From positions 342,278-406,277 of the forward strand of contig QPMI01000434.1 of NCBI GenBank assembly GCA_004431415.1: a stretch of DNA of 64,000 nt, given 5' to 3'. Position numbers and translations under genes: made by a program. Below the pieces are notes generated by a model. It worked only from the letters and a program-made list of their open reading frames with translations. It was not told the DNA's origin and searched no databases. Every line of letters begins with the position of its first letter. Position 1 is the first letter of the stretch. Origin of the DNA: Cyanophora paradoxa CCMP329. Its lineage: Eukaryota > Plantae > Glaucophyta. Shown in pieces: positions 49,936 through 60,225 of this stretch.

Positions 49936-52900
49936 ATGCCGCGCGCAACCAACAGAATCGCTACAATGTTCGGACGAAATTATCGGATACATTATGCAGG
50001 GATTGAGTCAGGATTTGCTAACCGAAGAACAGGCGCATTGGGCGATGCACAACACAATGAATCGGAAGCCCAAGCTCCAAACGCTGATAGATATTCGGGA
50101 TACTCTGAATGGAATCATTAATCCCGCGTTTTCCGCAGGGCAGAGCGGAAAGAGAAGCGCGCCGCTCGCACCCAAGTAAATATAGAAAAGCAAAAGCAAA
50201 AAGAACAAGAGCTAAGCGTTTACAGCGTTTCGATCGCAAGCAAGAAAAGAAGCGGGCGAAAGAAGCGAAGCTTGAAGCGAAGCAACAGAAAGGCAAACTA
50301 AAGCGGTAGAGGATGCGATTAAACGCACTATTCTCGATCCAATCGCCCAATATGATCCGGAAACTCTCGCGACAGTTACGTTCAGATGTGGGCACCTGGA
50401 TCGGTGCTCGGTCTTCGGAGGTAATTGTTATTCCCGGAATTCCCGAATTAAATATACCAGACAGTTCCTTTGTCACCTACCGCAATATAAGAGAGACAGT
50501 TTCGGTGAGTGTGTTGCGAAGCTTTGCTCTGGCGAAAATGGATAGAATGTCTCAAATTCTAATTAGACCGGTCAAGTTCGTCATGATTGGCATGAGAGCG
50601 AATCAATCTTCTATTTACTCAAAAACTACGATGAATTGGCAGTAGGACTTAAAACTTTCGGCGAAGCATACGAGGTGTTCTTCTTTAAGACACCACCAAC
50701 GAGGAACAGAAAAGACTACGCCTAATGTTTGATGATTTTGGCGGCAGTATCGATGATGCCTTTATAACTGTTCATGAGGTCGCGATCGATGGGACGAAGG
50801 TGTCGAGGACGATGGAGCCGGTGCTATTCCTGGAAATCGCTATGAGTTCTGGATGAGGAGCTAATGGACAGCATGCGATGCACCGCGATTATGAGCAAAT
50901 TCACAGACTACACATTAAATCCAAACGCGTCTGAGTTCGAAGATGTTATTGAGCTTCCCAAATCATCGACATCTAACGCTTGCGGCTATGATATGATCAT
51001 CTCCACATGGGGAGCGTCCATTAAAAAGTGTCAGGAGGCGCGAAACCGCGATATACTGACTTTACTATGTCATACGACGGTCTCTATAAATTCTTTCACG
51101 GTCGCGAACGCACACCTGGCGACTCTCTGGCTCTCACCCTCCGCCATATTGAGAAATTCTGTCAGAGAATTCAGACAGGCTTCCGCGTCTTTGATGTCGA
51201 CGGAAAGTTAATATACAAATTCGTGGCAGAATCGATTAACAAAAACATCTTTCCCCGCAATATTCACTTTATGATTCACAACAAGCATATCTATATATTC
51301 AACGATAACATCAAGTCGCTCGAAATGCGCATGGCGAAGATGGAGGTCGAAGAGCTTGACTGTCATGTTCCCAAGTCGACCTCATCGTTAGCACTCTACA
51401 AAATTCCGACTTGTCTGACTCACGATATCTTTGCGCACACATCCAAGGATTTGTTAAAGATCACGCAATTAAAACTATCGCCCGACGAGCGCAGTTTCAT
51501 CCGCATTCTTTATACTGGGCGCGAAGGTCTGGAAGGTCTTCTATTTACGTTCCTGAAAATGCGATATGAGCCCGCTGTGAAGCTAACACCATCGAAGCAG
51601 ATCGACAGCATCACATTCAAAGCTAATGGCTCGATGTTCTCTATCAAAGACCCACGCACAACCGACCACTTCATTGAGCAAGATTTCGAAACAGAGGAGT
51701 ATTATAATAAGGTCTGTGAAATCGGTAAGGGGTTCCGGGAGTCGCTTCTAAATCCGACGAATATCTCACATTACAGCCCGAACATGCGCGAAATTCTCAC
51801 GCACTACAAGCGATCCGCACTAAGCGGCTTTTTCTATAAGCCGAACCCGAAAGCCACCTACACAGCTGTCGATATGGCGAAGTGCTACCCTTCGATACTG
51901 AAAGGCATGCAATATCTTCCGAAATACAATGTGTTTGATGACTTCGTTCCCTTTAAAGCGGGAAGCGATATTCTCGAATACGCGATCTACTACGTGCGTG
52001 TCGTTGCGTTTGAGAGAGAGCAAGCGACTTTCGCCGACGATGAGGATGTAGATTATGATGCCGCCATGTCTCGCAAGATTGATGGAATCGAAATTATTCT
52101 GGATCGCGCATTTTCCGTGAGTGGTCGTTGCTATAATTTCATGACAGGCTACACTCTCGCCATGCATTGGGCGGACGTAAAGGACAAGATAGAGATCATT
52201 GCGGTCGCGGAGCCTTCGCATTTGGTGCCCAATACGTCGATCGCTGAGATGAAGAAAGTACTTTCAAGTGACATTCAAACCACGGACAAGAAACACATTT
52301 TAGTGAAAGAGATCGGAATGCTCGGCAAATTCCAAGACTTGCAAACGTCCACGAAAATGTTCTACAACCGTGCCGAAGCTGAGAGGTTCGCCAAAGAATG
52401 CGGAGGAACAGTGGAGGTGTTTACTTTCAATCCGAAGAATTCGAAACGTGTCAAAGCACTTAGCGAATTCGAAGGTCACATCTATTTTGTTAAGATCAGC
52501 TCTCACCGCGAGCTTGTTAACGGATTCCTTCCTATCCACTTTCAAATTTACGATCGCAACCGCGCTAATATGTTTGCGCAATACAAGCGCCTGACAGCGC
52601 GCGGCACAAGGTTGCGGGATCAGAACGGACTGTCTATATATCGAAGGTTCATGGACGAGTAAAAAAGAGTTCGACCGAAATGCGTTTGAGAACATGGGCA
52701 AATTCAGCTATATTCCCGGGAAAAGATGCCCTGAAAACGCACTACGCCCGCCAAGGGGTGTAACTCTCGAATTTCAGGATCCCGATACGCTAATTAACCG
52801 GTTCTCGCTAAGGGATGAATTTAATCCTGAGTGCTTTAATCGGGTTGCGGAGCTTCATAATCGTATGCTTGTCCTTGCTGACATGCCCGGAAGTGGAAAG

Positions 52901-54236
52901 TCGACCCTCGGTATTAATTGCTTCGCCTCTCAGAAGTCGAATTGCTTAATTATCTGTCCCTATAACAAACAGTGCGCAGAGCTTAGGGACTCTCTCAAAG
53001 CCCGCGGCATTGAGAATATCGTCGTTCGTACTTTGTATAATGTTCTCGGGATCCGTGTCTCAAATGATCAGACCTACGAAGAGGCTATGAGCGAAAAAGA
53101 TCAGAGGGCGTTCGTCTCTGAGTTCAGCCATATAATGTTCGACGAGATATTCGCGTATTCCGTAAAGGATCTCGCTAAGATCAAGACTTTCATAGACCGC
53201 TATCCGGATATCAAATATTTGGCTAATGGCGATACCTATCAAAACGAACCAATTAATGACGATCTCTCGGTTTCTGATCGCAAGGGCTACTATAAGCGCG
53301 CCGTGCAAAGCATGTTCCCTAACGTTCTGAGTCTACGCATTAACAAGCGGCACAAGAAGGAGACAGACCGTGAATTAATTCGGGCGATTAAAGAGGATCT
53401 CTTCGAAAACGGACTCGAAGCCGCTCAGATTATCTCGAAATATGGGTGCCGACAATTAATGATCTAAGCGCTATTCCGACGGCTACTTTGGCATCGCTTA
53501 CAGAAACGAAATGACCTTAGCCTATAACAAACTGATGCACGATAGACGAAAAGTAAATATCGCAACCGTAGAGGTCAATGGCATCAAATTCTACAAGGGT
53601 TTGGAAGTCGTTTGTCGCAGGTATATGCGCATTTCGCGATCCGAAGGCGAGTCTGTTAATGCATACACGAATTACACCTACCGGATCACCAAAATCACTA
53701 AGCAAATGGTCACATTAACTGACGTTTTCGATGGCGTCACGTTCGAGGTTCCGTGTGCGATGTTAGAACATTTTTCTCTCCCTTATGCAGGAACAGGTCA
53801 TTCAACGCAAGGTCTCACACTTGATTCGGGCATTGTCATTTGTGAGGCTACGTTCCGCTATACCACTCGCGAATGGTTCTATACCGCGCTCACTCGTAAC
53901 CGCGATCTGTCTACTGTGCTGATTTATACACCGATTCACAAGTTCCAAGGAAAGCACGACTATATTGAATATCTGAAAGTGAAGATCCGCGGCTATAAAT
54001 GTCAGGATCAGCGTGCCGGGCGCGATTTCGACGAAGCGGATTATATTACGCCGGAGTGGATATTAGAGCGCAAGAAGCAACAGAAGGGCGCCTGTGCGAT
54101 CTGTTCCCTTCCTATTCCCACTGAGCCACAGGATCCGAATTACAAGCTCGTCGTGGATCGCATAAACAACAGGCGCCCACACCTTAAAGACAATTGTCAG
54201 CTCGTGCATCACGGGTGCAATTGCAGCAAAAAATAA
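49936..54236 (+). CDS. Fusion replicase: terminal-protein-like region + divergent pPolB + SF1 helicase + C-terminal HNH (several frameshifts)
   Basis: PolB motifs A DMAKCYPS, B KHILVKEIGMLGK and C GIRTDCLY (52616-52630), the last in frame with helicase PGSGKS, FDEI, GDTYQNEP; downstream HSTQGLT, YTALTR; HNH CAIC..DRINNRRPHLKDNCQLVHHGCN. Confidence 0.8.
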
Positions 54237-54254
54237 ACAGGTTTAATTAGAAGA

Positions 54255-55637
54255 ATGTCACGGATCGTCAGAAGGGTAGCGGGTGAGGAGACAGAGACTA
54301 CCATACTCCCTATTGCGGTTCCTGAAACTGAGCTAATCCCCCAAAAAATTACAAAACGCCAAGCAAAATCAAATTTATTAGGAGATGTTACTTTTAGCAT
54401 TGCTAACCCGTCCTCTAAGATCGTGCGACGCATGTATGACCCAAAGACAGGTTTTAAGAACCCATCGGCATTGTACGAAGAGCTGAGAAAAGAGGACAAG
54501 AGCCTCACACTGAAAGAAGTGCAAGATGTCGCAGCGAAACAAGAATTTATGCAGATCAACAAGAAGCCCCCCGCACCAACCCAAACCGCTTTTATTCCCA
54601 TCACAGCCCCGCCGTGGTGTTACCAAGCGGATCTCATTTTTTATCTCTCATATGGCAATTATAATTCCGGCTACATTGCAGTCCTTACTCTCATCGAGAT
54701 GACAAGCCGAAAAGCATATGCCAAGAAGTTAAAGAATAAGGAGGGCGCAAGTGTTGCCGCCGCTTTTGCGGAGATGCTCACAGAGCTCCCGGCTCCGATG
54801 ATTCGATTGGAGACAGATAACGGTTCTGAATTCATCGCAAAGGAGTTTCAGGAGGTCGTCAAAAGCAATGGAATAGAGCATCGCTTCAAGCAGGTCGGAG
54901 ATCACACTTCGCTGGGAATTATGAATCGCTTTCATTTGACCCTAAAAACGATGATAAACAATTACTGTGTCGCATATAATACAGTGCGGTTCATGGACAA
55001 GCTGGACGACTTCGTTTTCAATTATAACAACACCGTTCACAGAACAATAGGAATGAAGCCCGCAGATGTTAAGCTCTCAGATATGGAGCGGATCCGCGCG
55101 GCTATTATTTCGAGAAAGAATACGATCGTCAAGGATATATTCAGCGACTTTAAACCGGGGCTCCACGTCCGCGTATTGTTGCCAAGATCAAAGTTCGATA
55201 AAGGAGCGACTCAAAGGTACAGCCGAGAGGTCTACAAAATTGCGGGAAGGAGAGGAAACGCGATAGAGGTGCAAGATGCAGCCGGGAACCTAATGCCGAA
55301 GCTTTTTAAACCGCACGAATTGCAGATCATTACAGAGGTCGAGGCTGTGGTGGAACCATCAGGCAACGCAATCAAAGCAGCCGAAATAGAAGCCGCTTCT
55401 ATCCGGCAGGTTCAAAAAGAAGGCATAGATGTCGCCGCAAGTGTTCCGAAAGGGGCTCTATTGGAAGATCGCGCGGAGAAGACGAAGAGGGCGCTTAGAG
55501 AGCTTGCAAAACTCACGATCGCGGGAACTGAGAAGCTCTCTGAGGTAAACAGTCAGCGGTGGTATAAATCATTCAAGAATCAGAGCGCAAGCTATACAGC
55601 CCCTACTACGCGCATTCTTCGGTCATCTCGTTCATAA
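54255..55637 (+). CDS. Retroviral-like (rve) integrase of Polinton type with D,D(35)N triad
   Basis: YQADL, ETDNGSEF, GIMNRFHLTLK, YNNTVHRTIGMKP, SH3-like FKPGLHVRV...YSREVYKI; no chromodomain recognised. Confidence 0.92.
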   Translation: MSRIVRRVAGEETETTILPIAVPETELIPQKITKRQAKSNLLGDVTFSIANPSSKIVRRMYDPKTGFKNPSALYEELRKEDKSLTLKEVQDVAAKQEFMQINKKPPAPTQTAFIPITAPPWCYQADLIFYLSYGNYNSGYIAVLTLIEMTSRKAYAKKLKNKEGASVAAAFAEMLTELPAPMIRLETDNGSEFIAKEFQEVVKSNGIEHRFKQVGDHTSLGIMNRFHLTLKTMINNYCVAYNTVRFMDKLDDFVFNYNNTVHRTIGMKPADVKLSDMERIRAAIISRKNTIVKDIFSDFKPGLHVRVLLPRSKFDKGATQRYSREVYKIAGRRGNAIEVQDAAGNLMPKLFKPHELQIITEVEAVVEPSGNAIKAAEIEAASIRQVQKEGIDVAASVPKGALLEDRAEKTKRALRELAKLTIAGTEKLSEVNSQRWYKSFKNQSASYTAPTTRILRSSRS

Positions 55638-55643
55638 CAAACC

Positions 55644-55663
55644 CCGAAATTATTTTCTCCGGT
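55644..55663 (+). promoter_or_regulatory. Viral upstream motif CCGAAATTATTTTCTCCGGT (copy 3)
   Basis: 13 nt upstream of ATG 55677. Confidence 0.7.
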
Positions 55664-55676
55664 GAATATAAAAGAG

Positions 55677-55991
55677 ATGGAGGGTGAAAAGCATTTCGTG
55701 GATATTCCCTATGATAAAAAAGACGTTGCGAAATCCCTCGGTGGAAAGTGGGATCGTGAGAATTCATGCTGGTATGTCACGAAGAAAGATCACCCGCTAT
55801 GCTCTCAGTTCAAGACTCTAAGCTATGAGCAGGTGTATCAGAGAAACGTGAAGGTTTACCTCGATATTCCTTATGAATTTAAGGATCAAGCGAAGGCTGA
55901 GAGAGCCCGCTGGGATCCCGTTATGCGATGCTGGTATGTTATGGGTCTCGATCACCCGCTAATGGGCAAGTTTCCGATCAAGGAACACTAA
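55677..55991 (+). CDS. Tandem DUF5710-domain protein
   Basis: Two repeats: DIPYDKKDVAKSLGGKWDRENSCWYV and DIPYEFKDQAKAERARWDPVMRCWYV. Confidence 0.8.
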   Translation: MEGEKHFVDIPYDKKDVAKSLGGKWDRENSCWYVTKKDHPLCSQFKTLSYEQVYQRNVKVYLDIPYEFKDQAKAERARWDPVMRCWYVMGLDHPLMGKFPIKEH

Positions 55992-56016
55992 ATGTATATG
56001 TCGCTTTCTTCATTTT

Positions 56017-56409
56017 TTATGAAATTGGGAACCTTTGCTCTACTTGTAAGTCCCACTTTCGAACTTTCAGCCTTTCTTGTATGAGTTCGTTAATGTCCCG
56101 TGCTATACCCATTGTCTTCGCTTCGGCATTTGAGCCGCATGTAAAGATATCGATCGCTAATAGCCCCCTGTCGCTATAAGAGTGAGCTGTGGCATGCGAC
56201 TCATCTAATAGAAAGCCAATCGCGAAACCGGGAGGGGAATTAGAGCCGTCAAAAATGCATGTGTGCTGGTGCACGATGCGCATCTTGCGATCTGTTATAT
56301 ATTGCGACAGGTTCGCTGTGATCCACTCGGCGCATGCCTCCGGGGACTCGGTGAACGGGTCGGTTATATAGTCAAGCATGACGTGGTAGCCGCGGTATTT
56401 GGAATCCAT
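56017..56409 (-). CDS. speD: Prokaryotic-type S-adenosylmethionine decarboxylase proenzyme
   Basis: GYHVMLD, LLDESHATAHSY (E-S self-cleavage site), AIDIFTCG; 130 aa class 1B size. Confidence 0.85.
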   Translation of the reverse strand: MDSKYRGYHVMLDYITDPFTESPEACAEWITANLSQYITDRKMRIVHQHTCIFDGSNSPPGFAIGFLLDESHATAHSYSDRGLLAIDIFTCGSNAEAKTMGIARDINELIQERLKVRKWDLQVEQRFPIS

Positions 56410-56863
56410 TATTATTTAAGTCGATATTTTTGTGAGCTATGAGCTGTGTGTGCTTTTGTAGCCGCCAAATCGCGCCCTTTGCGAATCCGACCGCGCCGCT
56501 TTGTAACAGTGTAGAACTACTCTATACCCACACGGATGCAAAGTATGACTAGTGGAGCCTCATGGGAACGCGCGCCGGCGCTCAGAATGTAGCGGACACC
56601 TCGGTTTTCGGGCACTTGTGCAGAAATCGACGCCGGTCTTTGCTCCACGGTGGGCTAAGCTAGTCAAAGCATAACCATCATGCCCGGAAGCAAGTTATGA
56701 GCACGTAGCAATTGAGAGCGCGCCGAGATCAGCTTCCTGTCCAAAGTTATGCGGGGAAAACGGAAGGGGGGGTCGCCGCCGAGTCGCGATCGCCAACATT
56801 TGACGGCGGCTATTATACTTCTAACTGAGCATTTGAAAGGTATAACAGACCTACTGTAAGGCT

Positions 56864-57071
56864 TAGTTTCGGCGTAATGTCGGCTGACAGGGTGATAGTT
56901 TCGGCGTAATGTCGGCTGACAGGGTGATAGTTTCGGCGTAATGTCGGCTGACAGGGTGATAGTTTCGGCGTAATGTCGGCTGACAGGGTGATAGTTTCGG
57001 CGTAATGTCGGCTGACAGGGTGATAGTTTCGGCGTAATGTCGGCTGACAGGGTGATAGTTTCGGCGTAATG
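56864..57071. repeat. Perfect tandem repeat, 32 bp x 6.5
   Basis: TAGTTTCGGCGTAATGTCGGCTGACAGGGTGA starting at 56864, 56896, 56928, 56960, 56992 and 57024, partial at 57056. Confidence 0.97.
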
Positions 57072-57810
57072 AAAAAACGAGAGAGAGCCCACCACGGTGG
57101 CCCCACCGGAAACTGCCACCCCCATCCCCTAGCACCTCTCTCGCTGCACCAGTCGTAACGTCTACCCCGCTATCCCTCCGACATCGCTCTATCGTTACGT
57201 CTAGCACCACCCCGAGCAACGTCTACAGTTCTATTACGAAGGTGGAAGCCAAGCAATATCTAATGACTATACAAGGCAGAGCTGACAACTAGAATAGACG
57301 AAGAGGCCGCGCGGTGGTGTCTCTAGCGTTTTTTTCAGAATAGTCTAGACGATATTGCTGTGTACAGAGAAGCGGTGGCCCACCGGGAAACCGCCACCAC
57401 CATCCCCTCACAACCTCTCTCGCGGCCACCGCGGTGGTGTCTCTCGCGTTTTTTTCCGCGTTGATGTCCGATACTATGGGAGACAGACGTTAAGGTGTAA
57501 GCCTAGCAATATCTGACGACTATACAAGGCAGAGGAGACAACAAGAATAGGCGAAGAGGAGCGCTGCCCCCATGAGCGCGGTCTGCAGAGCAACGTGGCA
57601 GAATAGTCTAGACGATATTAATGTGTACAATGAAGCTATCAGAGGAAACACGTTTAGGTTAATTTTAGGCGATATAGATGAGTACGATGAAGCTAACAGA
57701 GGAAGCACGTTTAGGTTAATTTTAGGCGAAATGATGAGAACATTGAAGCAACCAGAGGAAAAGCGTTTAGCTCTATCTAGGCGATAATGATGAGTACATT
57801 GAAGCACTTC
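57072..57810. repeat. Degenerate repeat block: ~280-bp duplication, ~57-bp x3 tandem, ~30-bp imperfect inverted repeat
   Basis: GCAATATCT..GACTATACAAGGCAGAG and CAGAATAGTCTAGACGATATT each occur twice; CACGTTTAGGTTAATTTTAGGCGA twice; 57072-57102 is inverted at about 57424-57455. Confidence 0.75.
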
Positions 57811-57837
57811 GTGTCCCAAGAGCGCTCTGGTGCGGCC

Positions 57838-58164
57838 TCATTCCACTTGATCGGGTTGCTTCTCCTTTCGGAAACTTGATAGCAAGGACTTTTTTCTTTT
57901 CAGCGGCTTTGGGATATTTGGGGGAGGCCAAGACAATCTTCGGCCTTCAGCATCAAGCCAAGGTACAGGTGAATCAGTTCGAGTAAATGGAGAATTGGAC
58001 CTAGAAGTCCTGGGTGTGTTAATAGGCGAAACCTGAGTTTCTGGGGTGCGAGAGCCTTCTGTGTCTGATATTTCGAGATTAATGGTCGTCTCACAGCAAC
58101 TACAATTCAATTTGCTGGTGACGTTGAGATGGAACATATCCATACATTTTCGAAGCAAATCCAT
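57838..58164 (-). CDS. Small CC-motif protein (paralog of 43961-44379)
   Basis: Shared C..MF.L.V.S....CC.TT...EISD and GRRLS. Confidence 0.65.
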   Translation of the reverse strand: MDLLRKCMDMFHLNVTSKLNCSCCETTINLEISDTEGSRTPETQVSPINTPRTSRSNSPFTRTDSPVPWLDAEGRRLSWPPPNIPKPLKRKKSLLSSFRKEKQPDQVE

Positions 58165-58202
58165 CTATTAATGGAAAAATATAAAAAAACAAAGGAATGC
58201 GG

Positions 58203-59026
58203 CTATGGAGCCGTATCGCTGCCGAATATAGGAAAATACCTGTTTGTCCCCACATATTCTGCATATGTGTTCTGTTTTGCAATAGCATCGGTTCGTTCAG
58301 CGAAGAGAATGCACTTGTAGATTCCGAATTTTGTGGCTCTTACTAAAAACTGGTAATCTTCTAATCCGAAATTTACACCATGATACGCGATCCCGAAATT
58401 ATCATATGGAGTGATCACAACTGAAATATTCGGGGTTCCACCTTCTACTTGACAGAGTGCATAAATATCTGGAGGGATATCAACAATTACCTTATAATGA
58501 TCACCAATTTCAACCAGAGAATCAACTACTGATGTCTGTTCATTTACAACAATGGGGAATATCTTGATTATATAGGGGGCATTCATACCGGGGACATAGG
58601 TGCGAATCCGCGTCAGATTGTCGATCGGGTTTGGCGTGTCGTTCACGAAGAGAGGAGCTCCGATTGTTCCCCCAACTCGAAGACCATCACCAATATATGC
58701 GCCGCCATTTCGACAGTTAATAGCTCCAGAACGAGATTCAAAAGAGTAAGTCGAAAGAGGATCGCCGTAACTGTCTGGATCACCGTAGTGTGAGCTGAAA
58801 TTTGCATTTGTTACTAGCAACTTGGTAGTTTTAACCACACCATTATTTTTATCACATCTGAGTTCCTGCAATCTAAGTTTATGTGTAGATCCGAAGGTGT
58901 TTAATGTCGGTTGTACCTCTGTTGATTGCAGACCTTCCACATCGTCAAAAGTAGCATGTTGTAGAACGTGGTTTGCAGGAGCCGCGAGCGAAAGTTGTGC
59001 CGTAACAATACGCTCATTTCAGCCAT
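58203..59026 (-). CDS. Fibre-like protein 4 (shared N-terminal anchor, distinct C-terminus)
   Basis: AAPANHVLQH...RLQELRCDKNNGVVKTTKLLVTNAN, GGAYIGDG; frameshift near the start. Confidence 0.65.
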
Positions 59027-59156
59027 TTTACATTAAAGTGATATATATTTTAAGGTGTTGGATCGTCAATAACATCTGGCTCCTGGTAAAATCCGGTTGT
59101 AAAGATATCAGCAACATTCACACCACGAAGTGCTGAAACAGCAGCTATATCTGTTC

Positions 59157-59901
59157 TCAGTCCATTATCATAGTATTATAAACTCCTACCTCAGTGACAA
59201 ACAAATCATAAGTAAATGTCAAATTGTTATATACACAATATCCCCGACCGAAATGATTTGATGCTTGAACAAAGAATAGGTAATTGTGACCTGGTTGATT
59301 GTTGTTTGCTCTGCACATCGAAAGCATTGCTGTGGGAAGAGGAATATTTCTCCTCACTCGATCAGTTCCTGTTATGGAAACCAACTCCGAGTTTTCGAGG
59401 GTGACAGATGATGCAACATAGAAATGCAGGAAAGGTTGCTGTGCAACAGGTGTATAGAACCGAATTCGTTGTGGATTTTCAACATTTTGTTCAAGAGTAT
59501 CCGGGACATCATTGTATGCAATTGATGAAGAGAGTTGACCTGAAACTCGACAGCCACCACCAATAAATGCGCCTCCTGAACGAATTGTAGCGCGGCAGAA
59601 TTCTTATCGAAATCGAGGGCTTTTAAATCCACACTGTATGCATCAGGTCCTCCATTTGTCGGTTGAAAGAAGTTAGCATTTGTCACAAGTAGTCGAGTGG
59701 TTTTAACTACACCCGAATTCTTATCGGCTCGGAGTTCTTTTACACGAATCATCGAATTTTTATCGAAAGAGTTACCGTTAGAATTTGGTCGCTCTGTGGA
59801 TTCTAAACCGCGGACTTCATCATTTACTTCATGTTGTCGAAAGTGCATCGCTGGTGATCCAAGCGAATAAATGGTAATTGCACACGATTATATTCGCCCA
59901 T
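59157..59901 (-). CDS. Fibre-like protein 3 (shared anchor; frameshifted)
   Basis: HFRQHEV...RVKELRADKNSGVVKTTRLLVTNAN. Confidence 0.6.
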
Positions 59902-59937
59902 TGCTTCTTTTACTAGAAGGAAAGAAAAAAATAATGT

Positions 59938-60204
59938 TCATTGTTCTTCTGTGACAATATTATACTCGATCGCTTTTTTCACAGTCCCCCTTTGGAATGC
60001 CTGTAAAACAATAGCTTCCTTTGAGGTTGGTATCTGAAAGCCTGTTGATATACATGAATGGATCTCTTTCTGAACAATCTCATCAATTGCAATTCTTGCC
60101 CTGTTGTGGGCAGCATTATCAATCCAATCCTGAACAGATGCAGCGCAATATTCCATTCCCAACTTTTCGGTATCAGTTAGAACTACTTGGTAAATATTTG
60201 ACAT
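59938..60204 (-). CDS. Small phage-like protein, possible fibre assembly partner
   Basis: LTDTEKLGMEYCAASVQDWIDNAAHNRARIAIDEIV...IPTSKEAIV..AF..G.VK resembles, from recollection only, small ORFs next to C1q fibre genes in tailed phages. Confidence 0.55.
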   Translation of the reverse strand: MSNIYQVVLTDTEKLGMEYCAASVQDWIDNAAHNRARIAIDEIVQKEIHSCISTGFQIPTSKEAIVLQAFQRGTVKKAIEYNIVTEEQ

Positions 60205-60225
60205 TCTTACTCTATCAAAAGAAAA

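Larger units (their letters stand above)
36610..57810. mobile_element. Endogenous Polinton-like virus / Maverick-type element (left end truncated)
   Basis: Intronless, lower-GC, compact block encoding DJR MCP, two pentons, A32-like ATPase, pPolB-helicase and rve integrase. Right boundary inferred from the repeat block. Confidence 0.85.

Noticed and set aside
39797-54236. Programmed frameshifting or pseudogenisation of viral genes
   Set aside because: Similar single-base indels disrupt essential host genes (RPC2, ALDH6), so sequencing error is more parsimonious.
56864-57071. 32-bp repeats as a CRISPR array
   Set aside because: Units are contiguous and identical with no spacers; no cas genes.
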